NCBI GenBank assembly: GCA_036918135.1
Contig: JBALDB010000001.1
Coordinates: 137,070-201,069 of the forward strand
Source of the DNA: Nostoc sp.
Lineage (GTDB): Bacteria > Cyanobacteriota > Cyanobacteriia > Cyanobacteriales > Nostocaceae
DNA length: 64,000 nucleotides
Reading direction: 5' to 3'
Shown here piece after piece: positions 40,475 to 51,040 of the stretch. Positions within the stretch are counted from its first letter, which is position 1, and each line of letters opens with the position of its first letter. Below the pieces are notes generated by a model that searched no databases, had not been told where the DNA came from, and saw nothing but the letters and a program-made list of their open reading frames with translations. The translations under genes and the position numbers were made by a program.

Positions 40475-42709
40475 ATGTCTCATCCCCTCTACGTCGCTTT
40501 TATCTGGCATCAACATCAACCGCTCTACAAATCTCCTGGTAGCGGCGTTTCGCTGCCTTCTAGCCAGCAGTACCGCTTACCTTGGGTGCGTTTACATGGC
40601 ACTAAAGATTATTTAGATTTAGTATTAATGTTAGAACGGTATCCTAAGTTACACCAAACGGTGAATTTAGTACCATCGCTGATTTTGCAACTGGAAGATT
40701 ATATTGCTGGCACTGCTTTTGACCCTTACCTTACAGCTAGTTTGACACCAGATGAACAACTCAACCAGCAACAGCGAGAATTTATTATTGAACACTTTTT
40801 TGATGCCAATCACCACACGCTGATCGATCCCCATCCCCGGTATGCCGAGTTGTACCAGCAAAGGCAGGAAAAAGGACCAAGTTGGTGTTTGGCAAATTGG
40901 CAGTTGTCAGATTATGGTGATTTGCTTGCTTGGCACAATCTGGCTTGGATCGATCCGTTATTTTGGGATGACCCGGAAATTGCTAGTTGGTTAAAGCGGG
41001 GTCGGAATTTTACTTTAAGCGATCGCCAACGCATTTATTCTAAACAGCGAGAAATCCTCAGTCGCATTATCCCCCAACATCGGAAAATGCAGGAGGCAGG
41101 ACAGTTAGAAGTTACTACCACGCCCTACACTCACCCGATTTTACCTTTGCTAGCCGATACCAACTCCGGCAGGGTAGCTGTGCCAAAAATGACACTACCT
41201 AAGCAGCGATTCCAGTGGGCGGAAGATATCCCGCGTCACTTGAAGAAAGCTTGGGACTTATATAAAGACCGCTTTGGACAGACACCCCGTGGTTTATGGC
41301 CTTCAGAACAGTCAGTAAGCCCCCAAATCCTTCCTGATATTATTTACCAAGGGTTTAAGTGGATATGCTCAGACGAAGCAGTTTTGGGATGGACGCTAAA
41401 ACACTTTTTTCATCGGGATGGGGCGGGGAATGTAGAGCAACCAGAACTTTTGTACCAACCTTATCGCCTGCAAACCCCAGCAGGTGATTTGTCAATTGTG
41501 TTTCGCGACCACAGATTATCAGATTTGATTGGCTTTACCTACAGTGCGATGCCAGCAAAACAAGCAGCAGCAGATTTAGTGGGACATTTGCAAGCGATCG
41601 CGAAAATGCAAAGAGACAGCCAAACTCAACAACCCTGGCTAGTTACTATCGCTTTGGATGGAGAGAATTGTTGGGAATTTTATCCCCAAGACGGTAAACC
41701 CTTCCTAGAAGCTTTGTATCAAAGTTTGAGCGATGAACCCCGTCTCAAACTCGTCACCGTCTCCGAATTTCTGGAAGAATTTCCAGCTACAGCCACCATC
41801 CCTGGAGGGCAACTACATAGTGGTTCTTGGGTGGATGGCAGTTTCACCACTTGGATTGGCGATCCCGCCAAAAATCGTGCTTGGGATTACTTGACAGAAG
41901 CAAGAGTTATGTTGGCAAGTCATTCCGAAGCGACAGAACAAAACAATCCAGAAGCATGGGAAGCATTGTATGCCGCAGAGGGTTCTGACTGGTTCTGGTG
42001 GTTTGGTGCAGGACACTCCTCAAATCAGGATGCCATCTTCGATCGGTTATTTCGAGAACACTTGTTTGGCATTTACAAGGCATTAAATGAACCTGCACCG
42101 CCCTATCTTAAGCAACCAGTGGAAATCCACCAAGCACAGGGAAACCATAGCCCACAAGGGTTTATTCATCCAGTGATTGATGGTAGGGGTGACGAACAAG
42201 ACTGGGACAAAGCTGGACGTTTAGAAATTGGCGGGGCGCGAGGGACGATGCACAACAGCAGTGTCATCCAGCGACTTTGGTATGGGGTGGATCACCTGAA
42301 TTTTTATTTACGGGTGGACTTTAAAAGTGGCGCTGCACCAGGGCAGGATTTACCAGCAGAGTTGAATTTGCTCTGGTTTTATCCAGAAAAGACAATGGTC
42401 AACAGCCCAGTTCCCTTAGCAAATGTGCCAAATGCAGCACCACTTAATTACCTTTTCCACCACCTTTTGGAAATTAACTTGCTGACGCAATCGATTCAAT
42501 TTCAAGAAGCTGGAGACAATTATCAATGGCATCCCCGTACTAGTCGCGCTCAAGTTGCTTTAAATAGTTGTTTAGAGTTGGCAGTGCCGTGGGCAGACTT
42601 GCAAGTTCCCCCAGATTATCCGCTACGTCTGATTTTGGTACTTGCTGATGAAGGGCGTTTTTCCAACTATTTGCCAGAAAATGCTTTGATTCCGATTGAG
42701 GTGCCTTAG
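40475..42709 (+). CDS. Glycoside hydrolase family 57 (amylopullulanase-like)
   Basis: WHQHQP, HPILPLL, WPSE, LDGENCWE, AEGSDWFWW. Confidence 0.92.
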   Translation: MSHPLYVAFIWHQHQPLYKSPGSGVSLPSSQQYRLPWVRLHGTKDYLDLVLMLERYPKLHQTVNLVPSLILQLEDYIAGTAFDPYLTASLTPDEQLNQQQREFIIEHFFDANHHTLIDPHPRYAELYQQRQEKGPSWCLANWQLSDYGDLLAWHNLAWIDPLFWDDPEIASWLKRGRNFTLSDRQRIYSKQREILSRIIPQHRKMQEAGQLEVTTTPYTHPILPLLADTNSGRVAVPKMTLPKQRFQWAEDIPRHLKKAWDLYKDRFGQTPRGLWPSEQSVSPQILPDIIYQGFKWICSDEAVLGWTLKHFFHRDGAGNVEQPELLYQPYRLQTPAGDLSIVFRDHRLSDLIGFTYSAMPAKQAAADLVGHLQAIAKMQRDSQTQQPWLVTIALDGENCWEFYPQDGKPFLEALYQSLSDEPRLKLVTVSEFLEEFPATATIPGGQLHSGSWVDGSFTTWIGDPAKNRAWDYLTEARVMLASHSEATEQNNPEAWEALYAAEGSDWFWWFGAGHSSNQDAIFDRLFREHLFGIYKALNEPAPPYLKQPVEIHQAQGNHSPQGFIHPVIDGRGDEQDWDKAGRLEIGGARGTMHNSSVIQRLWYGVDHLNFYLRVDFKSGAAPGQDLPAELNLLWFYPEKTMVNSPVPLANVPNAAPLNYLFHHLLEINLLTQSIQFQEAGDNYQWHPRTSRAQVALNSCLELAVPWADLQVPPDYPLRLILVLADEGRFSNYLPENALIPIEVP

Positions 42710-42743
42710 AACTTTTTTGATTTGTTTAAATCCCAAGGCTCAG

Positions 42744-42774
42744 AATCCCCGGCTTGTTGGAAAAGTCGGGGATT
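42744..42774. repeat. Palindromic REP/terminator-like hairpin
   Basis: AATCCCCGGCTT ... AAGTCGGGGATT. Confidence 0.55.
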
Positions 42775-42943
42775 TCATTGTTGAGGGATGATTCAGTAAG
42801 ACTATATATAGCCGTAGTCACATAGCTTAGGACATAATGACAAGCGTGAATGCTAAGTAATAGTAATAGTTCTACCTCCTGCCTCCTGCTATAACTCAAT
42901 ACCCTTAATGTTGACCTACTTAGTAGTTTCTTTAGCACTATTT

Positions 42944-45694
42944 CTAGTTAAGCGGATCGAAACGCTGCAAGATCAGAGCTATAAATACCATTGGCAAACC
43001 TACAGCTATACAAATGAGAGCTTGGGTAATTGTCAAAGGTGTAGTGTCAAATAACTGATTTATGACGCTCCACTGACTGAACAGACATTGTAAAGTCACT
43101 ACAGCCACAATTCCGATCGCTGGTGCATAAGCTACGGGTGTGCGTTTACCCTGGATTCTGGCAACTAAAGATGGTAAAAACTGGGTAATACTTAACAGGT
43201 AAAAAACTTCTGCTGCCACTAACCCATTAATCGCCATAGTGCGAGCTAAGGCTTGATTGCCTGTAGTTTGAAGTATCCATTGAAACACACCAAAAATTAC
43301 CACCCAATTGAAAACAGAAATCGCTAAGATGCGCTTAAGTAAACTACCTGATAAAAGCTTTTCTCTAGGGTTGCGTGGAGGTTGCTGCATCACCTGTCCA
43401 GATTTGGGTTCAAAGGCCAGGGGAGCAATCAACCCTACTGAACTAACCATGTTCAACCAGAGAATTTGGATTGGTAAGATAGGAAGCACAGTAGCTAGGA
43501 GAATGGCAATTAAAATCGTCATCGATTCTCCAACGTTGATCGGCAGCAAGAAAGCGATCGCTTTTCGCAAGTTACGGTAAACTCCGCGCCCTTCCTCCAC
43601 AGCAGCTTCAATTGAGGCGAAGTTATCGTCAGTTAAAAGCATATCCGCAGATTCTTTAGCAACCTCTGCCCCAGCTATACCCATCGCTACACCAATGTCT
43701 GCTTGCTTGAGAGCGGGAGCATCATTTACGCCATCTCCAGTCATGGCAACAATTTCGCCCTTGAGTTGCAAAGCTTTCACCAGACGTAACTTTTGTTCAG
43801 GAGCAACTCGCGCAAACACCATGCCTTGTTCGGCCGCTTGGGCAAATTTTTTTTCATTCATCTGAGTTAATTGCTGTCCAGTGAAGACCTGTGCTTCAGT
43901 CGAGCAAATTCCCATTTGGCGGGCGATCGCAGCTGCTGTTAATGCATGATCCCCAGTAATCATTTTGACTTGAATTCCAGCAGATTGACAGGCATTGACT
44001 GCGGCGATCGCTTCCTCACGGGGCGGATCGATTATGCCTTGAAGTCCTAAAAACACCAGTCCTTGGTCGATATCGTGGCGTTCCAAGGAACGTTTGTTAG
44101 AGGCAACTTCTTTACTGGCAAAAGCTAGCACTCGTAAACCTTGCTTTGCCATCCGAGCAACTTCCTGTTCCACTGCTCTAGGATTGAGCGCAGTTTGTTG
44201 TCCTTGAGCGTCAAGCATGTAATCGCATCGTTGGAGAATTGCCTCCACAGAGCCTTTGAGATAAATCACATTCAGCCTTTGCTTTGCATCTAATTCATGC
44301 AAAGTCGCCATGTACTGGAATTGAGACTCAAACGGAATAGTATCTATTCTGGGTAATTGCTCTAGATTTTCCTGCGTTAATCCTGCTTTATTAGCAGCCG
44401 TAATCAATGCCCCCTCGGTTGGGGTTCCGACTAAGTTCCACTGTCCGTCTCGCCATTCAATGTGAGAATCATTGCACAGCAATCCTGCTTCCAAGGATTC
44501 CCAAACAGCAACATGTCCATCTGCATTGAAATCAACGGGTTGCTGATTCATCAGGATTTCACCTTCTGGAGCATAACCAATACCGCTGACGGTGTAGTGT
44601 TGCCCACCTGCATAAATCTTCTGAACCGTCATCTGATTTTCGGTCAACGTACCAGTTTTGTCAGAACAAATAACAGTGGTACTTCCCAATGTTTCCACGG
44701 CGGGTAACTTACGAATAATCGCATTACGTCGTGCCATCCGGGAAACCCCGATCGCTAATGTGACTGTGACAATTGCAGGTAATCCTTCTGGAATCGCGCT
44801 GACGACGAGAGCTACACTTGCTTTGAAAACATCAATCCAAGATTCACCCTGTCCTAATCCGATTGCAAATGTCAGGGCAGCCAAACCTAAGATGACATAC
44901 AATAAGGTTTTGCTAAACTTGTCGATATTTCGCGTTAGCGGTGTTTTCAAGCCCGTGCTGCTTTCAATTAACTGCGAGATGCGACCGGTTTCAGTAGCAT
45001 CTGCGATCGCTACTACAATTCCTTCTGCCTGTCCAAAGGTGACGAAACTTCCTGCATACGCTATGTTGGTGCGTTCGGCTAATGGTGTCTCGACATCCAA
45101 CAATTGGGTTACTTTCTCAACCGGAACAGATTCTCCTGTTAAAGCAGACTCGTCAACTTGTAACCCACGCACAGTTAATAGCCGTAGATCCGCAGGTACT
45201 TTATCCCCAGATGCTAGCAGTACCAAATCACCCGGAACAAGCTCAGTTGAAGCTAGACGAGTTTTTTGACCATCGCGAATCACAGTTGCTTCAGTAGTGA
45301 CAGCTTTGGATAAAGCAGCGATCGCACCTTCTGCTTTCGATTCTTGAATGTAGCCAATGATGACATTAATCAGGGTGACAGCAAAAATTACTCCCGCATC
45401 TATCCAATCTCGCAGTAACAGCGTCACTACTCCTGCCGTCAGCAAAATATATAGTAGTGGTTGATTAAATTGCTCTAAAAATCGTAGCCAAGGACTTTTT
45501 CCACCTTTACTAGTCAGTTGATTTGCACCCATCTGTTCGTGTCGGGTGGCAGCTTCTTCATGGCTCAAGCCTGCTTCCGGATGGCTGGCTAAGGTTTGCA
45601 CAACTTTTTGTTCTGCTAGAGTATGCCATTCATAGTTGAGTAAATCTTTTGTTGTCTCAGCAAAAGTATTTGTAGCGATCGTATCTGCTGTCAT
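42944..45694 (-). CDS. Cation-transporting P-type (P2) ATPase
   Basis: TGES, IPEGLP, DKTGT, KGSVE, TGDGVNDAPAL. Confidence 0.93.
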   Translation of the reverse strand: MTADTIATNTFAETTKDLLNYEWHTLAEQKVVQTLASHPEAGLSHEEAATRHEQMGANQLTSKGGKSPWLRFLEQFNQPLLYILLTAGVVTLLLRDWIDAGVIFAVTLINVIIGYIQESKAEGAIAALSKAVTTEATVIRDGQKTRLASTELVPGDLVLLASGDKVPADLRLLTVRGLQVDESALTGESVPVEKVTQLLDVETPLAERTNIAYAGSFVTFGQAEGIVVAIADATETGRISQLIESSTGLKTPLTRNIDKFSKTLLYVILGLAALTFAIGLGQGESWIDVFKASVALVVSAIPEGLPAIVTVTLAIGVSRMARRNAIIRKLPAVETLGSTTVICSDKTGTLTENQMTVQKIYAGGQHYTVSGIGYAPEGEILMNQQPVDFNADGHVAVWESLEAGLLCNDSHIEWRDGQWNLVGTPTEGALITAANKAGLTQENLEQLPRIDTIPFESQFQYMATLHELDAKQRLNVIYLKGSVEAILQRCDYMLDAQGQQTALNPRAVEQEVARMAKQGLRVLAFASKEVASNKRSLERHDIDQGLVFLGLQGIIDPPREEAIAAVNACQSAGIQVKMITGDHALTAAAIARQMGICSTEAQVFTGQQLTQMNEKKFAQAAEQGMVFARVAPEQKLRLVKALQLKGEIVAMTGDGVNDAPALKQADIGVAMGIAGAEVAKESADMLLTDDNFASIEAAVEEGRGVYRNLRKAIAFLLPINVGESMTILIAILLATVLPILPIQILWLNMVSSVGLIAPLAFEPKSGQVMQQPPRNPREKLLSGSLLKRILAISVFNWVVIFGVFQWILQTTGNQALARTMAINGLVAAEVFYLLSITQFLPSLVARIQGKRTPVAYAPAIGIVAVVTLQCLFSQWSVINQLFDTTPLTITQALICIAVGLPMVFIALILQRFDPLN

Positions 45695-45736
45695 CTTAGT
45701 CTCCAAATTCAAATAACCGTTTTCTGGAAAGCATTA

Positions 45737-46279
45737 TTATGAAAATCTTTTGCTAAATTCATAAACATGCCACTCTCGCACACCCCAGTAACGGAGAACG
45801 TATTCTGCCAGCTCGATTTCATCCGCTGTTCCCTCTACCTTCACCAAAAATTTTTCTTGGGACGTGCATGGGCGATCGAGTTTACCTTTCCTGTTGGGAG
45901 TAAACCAACCTTGAAATCCACCATAAAGACCGCCAAATATTGCACTTGCTCCACTCGCTAGCAGCGTACCAAGCACAGATTCAACTGCTAATACCGGGCC
46001 AAAACCGGGAATAATTAATACGCCAAGTCCGGCTGTGAGTGCCAGCAATCCCCCGGCTGTTCCTCCTGTAATTGCGCCTGCTTTGGCACCTTCAATTGGA
46101 GTCATGGTACGTTTACTCGCATTAGCTTCCTCGTACAACTTTTCGCGTTCGGAGTCTAAAGGGAGCAGAGAAATTTTCTGCATGGGAAAGTCAATTGCTC
46201 TAAGGTCGTCAAGCACCCCTGTTGCAGCTTGACGGGTAGAAATAATGGCGATCGCATTTTTAACTAGACTAGAATTCAT
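45737..46279 (-). CDS. General-stress/YflT-like membrane protein (Gly-zipper)
   Basis: GAKAGAITGGTAGGLL...IPGFGPV...FLVKVEGT. Confidence 0.7.
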   Translation of the reverse strand: MNSSLVKNAIAIISTRQAATGVLDDLRAIDFPMQKISLLPLDSEREKLYEEANASKRTMTPIEGAKAGAITGGTAGGLLALTAGLGVLIIPGFGPVLAVESVLGTLLASGASAIFGGLYGGFQGWFTPNRKGKLDRPCTSQEKFLVKVEGTADEIELAEYVLRYWGVREWHVYEFSKRFS

Positions 46280-46447
46280 AACAACTCCTATAAAAATTAG
46301 TAAGTTTAAAATGAAGCTTTATGAAGCTCCAAATAGTAAAAAACTATAGTTTGGAAAGTGAGCATAAACCGTATTAGTTCGGATATTCGTTTTAAACCTC
46401 AGTTGGGTTAGTTTCGTTTCTATGCTTGTTTTCCAGGATTACTGATA

Positions 46448-46505
46448 AATGTGAACGAAATGTGAATAAATCATTTCTCCTAATTAATTTCACTTTTAAA
46501 TCACA
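46448..46505. promoter_or_regulatory. Putative OmpR-type tandem boxes in a divergent promoter
   Basis: AATGTGAA x2 with 11-bp period (46448, 46459) and inverted (T/A)TCAC x2 with 11-bp period (46489, 46500); ATGAAGC x2 at 46311/46321. Confidence 0.45.
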
Positions 46506-46581
46506 TTTGTTCTTCAAGCCAAAAGACAACGTATAGCAGTTTTAAATAGAATTTTAGGCAACCTCAAAACATCAACGATAA

Positions 46582-46803
46582 AGGTATTTGTCGGCTGGAA
46601 GTGCAATGATTTTGATAATTGTTCTAATGATATTGCTAGATGTCGTTCATCCTCCCACAGTCGGCACTTCCTAGAGTTTTGCTCTTAAGGTAGGTAATGA
46701 AAACAATTTGGTTTTATTTAGTTTGCCAGTAAATATTGTTGCCACACTGGTTCTATTGGAGTTTAAAAAATTTTTCATACTATTTATAGATAATAAAAAC
46801 TAA
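46582..46803 (+). pseudogene. HPP-family membrane protein remnant
   Basis: RYLSAGSAMILIIVLMILLDVVHPPTVGTS*SFALKVGNENNLVLFSL...; in-frame TAG at 46672; 5' part missing. Confidence 0.65.
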
Positions 46804-46871
46804 CTATAGATGGAATTGAATATCAGGAATTTTTACTATTATCAGCAATGCTGACTAATTAGATAAGTGAC

Positions 46872-47885
46872 ATGAATGCAGATATATCCGCACTCTGGGA
46901 CAAAATTCAGAGAATGATTCGCGAATTCATTGTCCTACTGCCGAATATCGTGCTGGCATTGATTGTCTTTGCAATCTTCTTTTTTGTTGCTAGAGCGATT
47001 AAGAGACTGGTCAAACGATTGACACGCGATCGCCATCAGGCTCGGAATCTAGGACTAGTACTGGGACGCTTGGCGCAAGGTACAACACTGTTGTTAGGGC
47101 TATTTATTGCTTTGTCGATTGTAATTCCGACATTCCGAGCAGGGGATTTGGTACAACTATTGGGAATTAGCGGGGTAGCGATCGGTTTTGCTTTTCGAGA
47201 CATTTTACAAAACTTTTTGGCTGGCATTCTGATCCTCTTAACAGAGCCGTTCCGAATTAACGATCAAATAGTTTTTAAAGATTTTGAGGGGACTGTAGAA
47301 AATATTGAGACACGGGCGACAACAATTAAAACTTACGATGGTCGCCGTATTGTGATTCCTAATTCAGAATTGTTCGCTAACTCAGTGACTGTGAACACTG
47401 CTTTTGAAAGTCGCCGATTACAGTATGATATCGGTATTGGCTACGGTGATGATATCGACCAAGCTAAGGAGTTAATGCTCCAAGCAATGCAAAGCATACC
47501 AGAAGTACTTGAAGACCCTGCACCCGATGTGCTGGTCATGGAACTTGCCGAAAGTACTGTTAACATCCGCGTTCGTTGGTGGATTAAACCGCCACGACGA
47601 GCAGATGACCTGATTTCACGGGACAAGGTACTGTCTTCAATTAAGAAAACATTAGTAGAAAACGGCATCGATTTACCCTTTCCCACGCAGCAAATTTTGT
47701 TTCACGACCAAACAGAAGAGACAGACGGAAACCGCTCCCATCAGCGTGAAGGTTGGCCCGCAGGCAGAGGTGAAGTACCAAAATCGTGCCGGATCGGCGA
47801 TTCTCTCCACCTAGTTGCCCAAATGCAGACGCAAACAGATGATAACGGCAAGGGAGATTCTCCAAAAGCTAATGACGAAAACTAA
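46872..47885 (+). CDS. mscS: Small-conductance mechanosensitive channel
   Basis: GVAIGFAFRDILQNFLAG, PFRINDQI, IPNSELF, GIDLPFP. Confidence 0.88.
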   Translation: MNADISALWDKIQRMIREFIVLLPNIVLALIVFAIFFFVARAIKRLVKRLTRDRHQARNLGLVLGRLAQGTTLLLGLFIALSIVIPTFRAGDLVQLLGISGVAIGFAFRDILQNFLAGILILLTEPFRINDQIVFKDFEGTVENIETRATTIKTYDGRRIVIPNSELFANSVTVNTAFESRRLQYDIGIGYGDDIDQAKELMLQAMQSIPEVLEDPAPDVLVMELAESTVNIRVRWWIKPPRRADDLISRDKVLSSIKKTLVENGIDLPFPTQQILFHDQTEETDGNRSHQREGWPAGRGEVPKSCRIGDSLHLVAQMQTQTDDNGKGDSPKANDEN

Positions 47886-48086
47886 ACTACTTGCCGCTTA
47901 ACCTATTGGATTCGGTTGTAGCGGTGTATGACTTCTAGTTGTTCTAGCTTAGTATCAAGATAAAAGAAAAGCCCTAACAGCAGATTACTTTAGTTGATAT
48001 TTTACTTATGAGCGTAAAATGTTGGCGGTTTGATAATCTCTCTATTTTCCTTGATGGTAAATATTCTATTTAACTCGAACACTTTT

Positions 48087-49658
48087 ATGTCATTAGAGTC
48101 TGCCGCAAGTGAAGTCGTAATTGCACAACAACTCAAGCAATTTCTACTAGTACTATCTGTCTCTTTGGGTGTAGCAACATTACCACAAATTTTTAGTTGG
48201 TTGCGCCGCATCCCTTACACACTATTACTGGTCATAGTGGGATTAGGGTTAGCATTCGTGAATGTGCGATTGATTAATCTCTCTCCTCAATTGATTCTGA
48301 TGATTTTTTTACCGCCACTATTGTTTGAAGCTGCTTGGAATTTGAAATGGTCAGACTTAAAGCGAGATTTACTACCTATTTGTCTGTATGCAGTGATTGG
48401 GGTGATAATTTCTATTGCAGGTGTAGCGTTTGGTCTTCATCAATTCGCTGGACTTGAACTGAGCATTGCTCTATTAATTGGAGCGAGTCTATCAGCAACC
48501 GATCCTGTTTCGGTAACGGCTTTATTTCGGGAATTAGGAGCAAGCAAACGCCTAACAACATTGATGGAAGGAGAAAGTTTATTTAATGATGGTATGGCGG
48601 TTGTGGCTTTTGGCTTACTAGTTGCTCTGCCGTTAGGTACTGCCAAACTAGACTTACAGTCTGCTTTAGGGGAATTTTTTCAGGTAGTAGGTATTGGTAT
48701 TGGCATCGGAGGATTAATAGGGTTTGGCATCTCCTACCTGACACAACGTTTCGACTTACCGCTAGTAGAACAATCTCTTACCTTAGTTTCTGCCTACAGT
48801 ACTTATCTAATTACAGAAGATTTGGGTGGTTCTGGAGTGATTGGAGTAGTCACCACAGCTTTAATTTTAGGCAACTTTGGCTCGCGCATCGGCATGAACC
48901 CGCGCACACGCATCATTGTTACAGAATTTTGGGAATTCTTGGCTTTTTTTGTGAATTCGATTGTTTTTCTATTAATTGGCGACCAAATTCGTTTTGCCGT
49001 CTTAGGAGATAACTTAAAAATTATTGCAGTGGCGATCGCCGCTATGATTGTGGCACGAGCAGTATCCATTTATGCTTTAAGTAGTCTGAGCAATTGGCTA
49101 GCTAAATCCGAAATTCCTTTATCCGAACAAACTGTATTATCGTGGGGTGGATTGCGGGGGTCTGTCTCTATTGCCTTAGCTTTGAGTGTACCAGCTATAC
49201 TCCCCCAAAGAGAAGAAATTATTGCCACTGTATTTGGAGTAGTTTTATTTACACTGTTAGTACAGGGCTTAACCACTCAACCCTTATTAGAAAAACTACA
49301 ACTTTTAGGTAGCCAACCGCTACGTCAAAAATACGTGGAAGCAATTGCCCGTCAAGTTGCTCTCCAACGGGCGCTGGAATATTTAGAAACAGCACAAAAG
49401 CGTCCAGGAATTCAGCCAGAGTTTTATCACTACCAGAAGACGCTGCTTTCTGGAGAAATTGCCCTTTTACAAGAAAAAATTGACAACTTACTTGATGAGT
49501 ACCCAAATTTGCAAGAATTTATAATCAAAGAACTACGAGGGGAACTGTTGGCAATTGAAGCAGACACCTATGCCGAGTTTGTCCGCGCAGGTAGGTTAAA
49601 TCAAGAACTTTCACCTTTTTTGCCAACAATACATGAAAAAGCTAATGAAGATCAATGA
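48087..49658 (+). CDS. Na+/H+ antiporter (CPA1/NhaP)
   Basis: FLPPLLF, SATDPV, EGESLFND, WGGLRG. Confidence 0.92.
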   Translation: MSLESAASEVVIAQQLKQFLLVLSVSLGVATLPQIFSWLRRIPYTLLLVIVGLGLAFVNVRLINLSPQLILMIFLPPLLFEAAWNLKWSDLKRDLLPICLYAVIGVIISIAGVAFGLHQFAGLELSIALLIGASLSATDPVSVTALFRELGASKRLTTLMEGESLFNDGMAVVAFGLLVALPLGTAKLDLQSALGEFFQVVGIGIGIGGLIGFGISYLTQRFDLPLVEQSLTLVSAYSTYLITEDLGGSGVIGVVTTALILGNFGSRIGMNPRTRIIVTEFWEFLAFFVNSIVFLLIGDQIRFAVLGDNLKIIAVAIAAMIVARAVSIYALSSLSNWLAKSEIPLSEQTVLSWGGLRGSVSIALALSVPAILPQREEIIATVFGVVLFTLLVQGLTTQPLLEKLQLLGSQPLRQKYVEAIARQVALQRALEYLETAQKRPGIQPEFYHYQKTLLSGEIALLQEKIDNLLDEYPNLQEFIIKELRGELLAIEADTYAEFVRAGRLNQELSPFLPTIHEKANEDQ

Positions 49659-49729
49659 ATCTATGCAATGGGCGATCGCGTTCGCTTCATTCAGCAAGAA
49701 TCTTTCCAGGGCTTACTAGTGCCTCTGTG

Positions 49730-50116
49730 TTATTCCACAATTTCATAACGCACTAACTTTCTAACATCCTGACGGGGTAGACCTAGTTCTTGGGCAATTG
49801 TCGCTTCTATTTGGTTGAATTCTATCGTTGGCAGTTCTAATTCCAATCGCTTCAAGATGGGGTCTGCTGTTTCGACTTCTACCTGAGTAATTTTCTGAGT
49901 TCGGTTAACAGTGGCGTTGATCAGCAACACATTGACTGATACCCGTGCTTCAAGTTGAGTATCTGACTGAAGTTTTTTCTGGGTGGAGTAGGGTCGACTT
50001 AACTCTTGAGCAGAGAGGAAACTACAGCCAAACCAAAACAAAATTGCTACTAGTGGTAGAGGCAACCAAAACTCTAATCCCAGCCCTTGCAGCCAACGTT
50101 TACTAATACGCCACAC
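49730..50116 (-). CDS. Hypothetical single-TM protein
   Basis: LGLEFWLPLP TM; divergent from the response regulator. Confidence 0.7.
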   Translation of the reverse strand: MWRISKRWLQGLGLEFWLPLPLVAILFWFGCSFLSAQELSRPYSTQKKLQSDTQLEARVSVNVLLINATVNRTQKITQVEVETADPILKRLELELPTIEFNQIEATIAQELGLPRQDVRKLVRYEIVE

Positions 50117-50256
50117 ACTATACCTGCTTCTGATTTTGCTAGGTCACACTTCATATATATCCCAATGGGGTAGACAATCCTCGTAAATCTTACTGGTGAA
50201 AGACGTTGAGATTGCTTCAATGGATTATTCTAAACAAGCACAAGTGTCTAAAGGTG

Positions 50257-50937
50257 ATGAAAATTTTGCTGGCAGAGGACGATCCAAAGCAATTAATGCC
50301 GCTACAAACGGTTCTTTCCCAAGCCGGACACAACGTTGATGGTGTCAAGGATGGTGAAACCGCTCAATGGCTTTTAGCTGAAAAAGAATATGACCTGCTG
50401 ATTTTAGATTGGATGTTACCTCGGATTAGTGGAGTGAGTTTGTGCCAACAGTATCGGGCGGCGGGAAAAACAGCTCCCATATTAATGATTACGGCAAAAG
50501 ATACCACACTCGATAAAGTCATAGGATTAGATGCGGGAGCAGATGATTACTTAGTAAAACCGATTGATATCGTGGAATTCATGGCACGGGTACGGGCATT
50601 GAGGAGGCGATCGCCTCTTTGGCAAGGAGATACTCTCTGCTTGGCAGACCTGCAACTTCATCTCGACAAACTGACTTTGGAGCGACAAGGAGCGATTGTT
50701 TCCCTTTCCAGCCAAGAATTTCAATTACTAGAGTATTTCATGCGTCATCCCAGGCAAGTACTTAGTCGCAACCAAATTGAGCAAGCCGTATGGGAATGGG
50801 GTAGTGAGCCCGAAAGCAATGCAATCACCGTTCTAGTTCGTAAACTTCGCCAACGTTTGCAAACATTAGCAGCAGGGGATTGGATTGAAACTGTCTATGG
50901 CATGGGCTATCGTCTCAATCCTCCAGAACCATCTTAA
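50257..50937 (+). CDS. OmpR-family response regulator (RppA-like)
   Basis: AEDD, LDWMLP, GADDYLVKP, ETVYGMGY. Confidence 0.9.
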   Translation: MKILLAEDDPKQLMPLQTVLSQAGHNVDGVKDGETAQWLLAEKEYDLLILDWMLPRISGVSLCQQYRAAGKTAPILMITAKDTTLDKVIGLDAGADDYLVKPIDIVEFMARVRALRRRSPLWQGDTLCLADLQLHLDKLTLERQGAIVSLSSQEFQLLEYFMRHPRQVLSRNQIEQAVWEWGSEPESNAITVLVRKLRQRLQTLAAGDWIETVYGMGYRLNPPEPS

Positions 50938-51040
50938 AATTTGATAACGGCTGAGACCACGGTAGGGGTAGTGCAGTTCAATTAGTTGAAAAAGTTGTAA
51001 TTAAAAATTACGAATTACGAATTACGAATTAGTATGAGTT

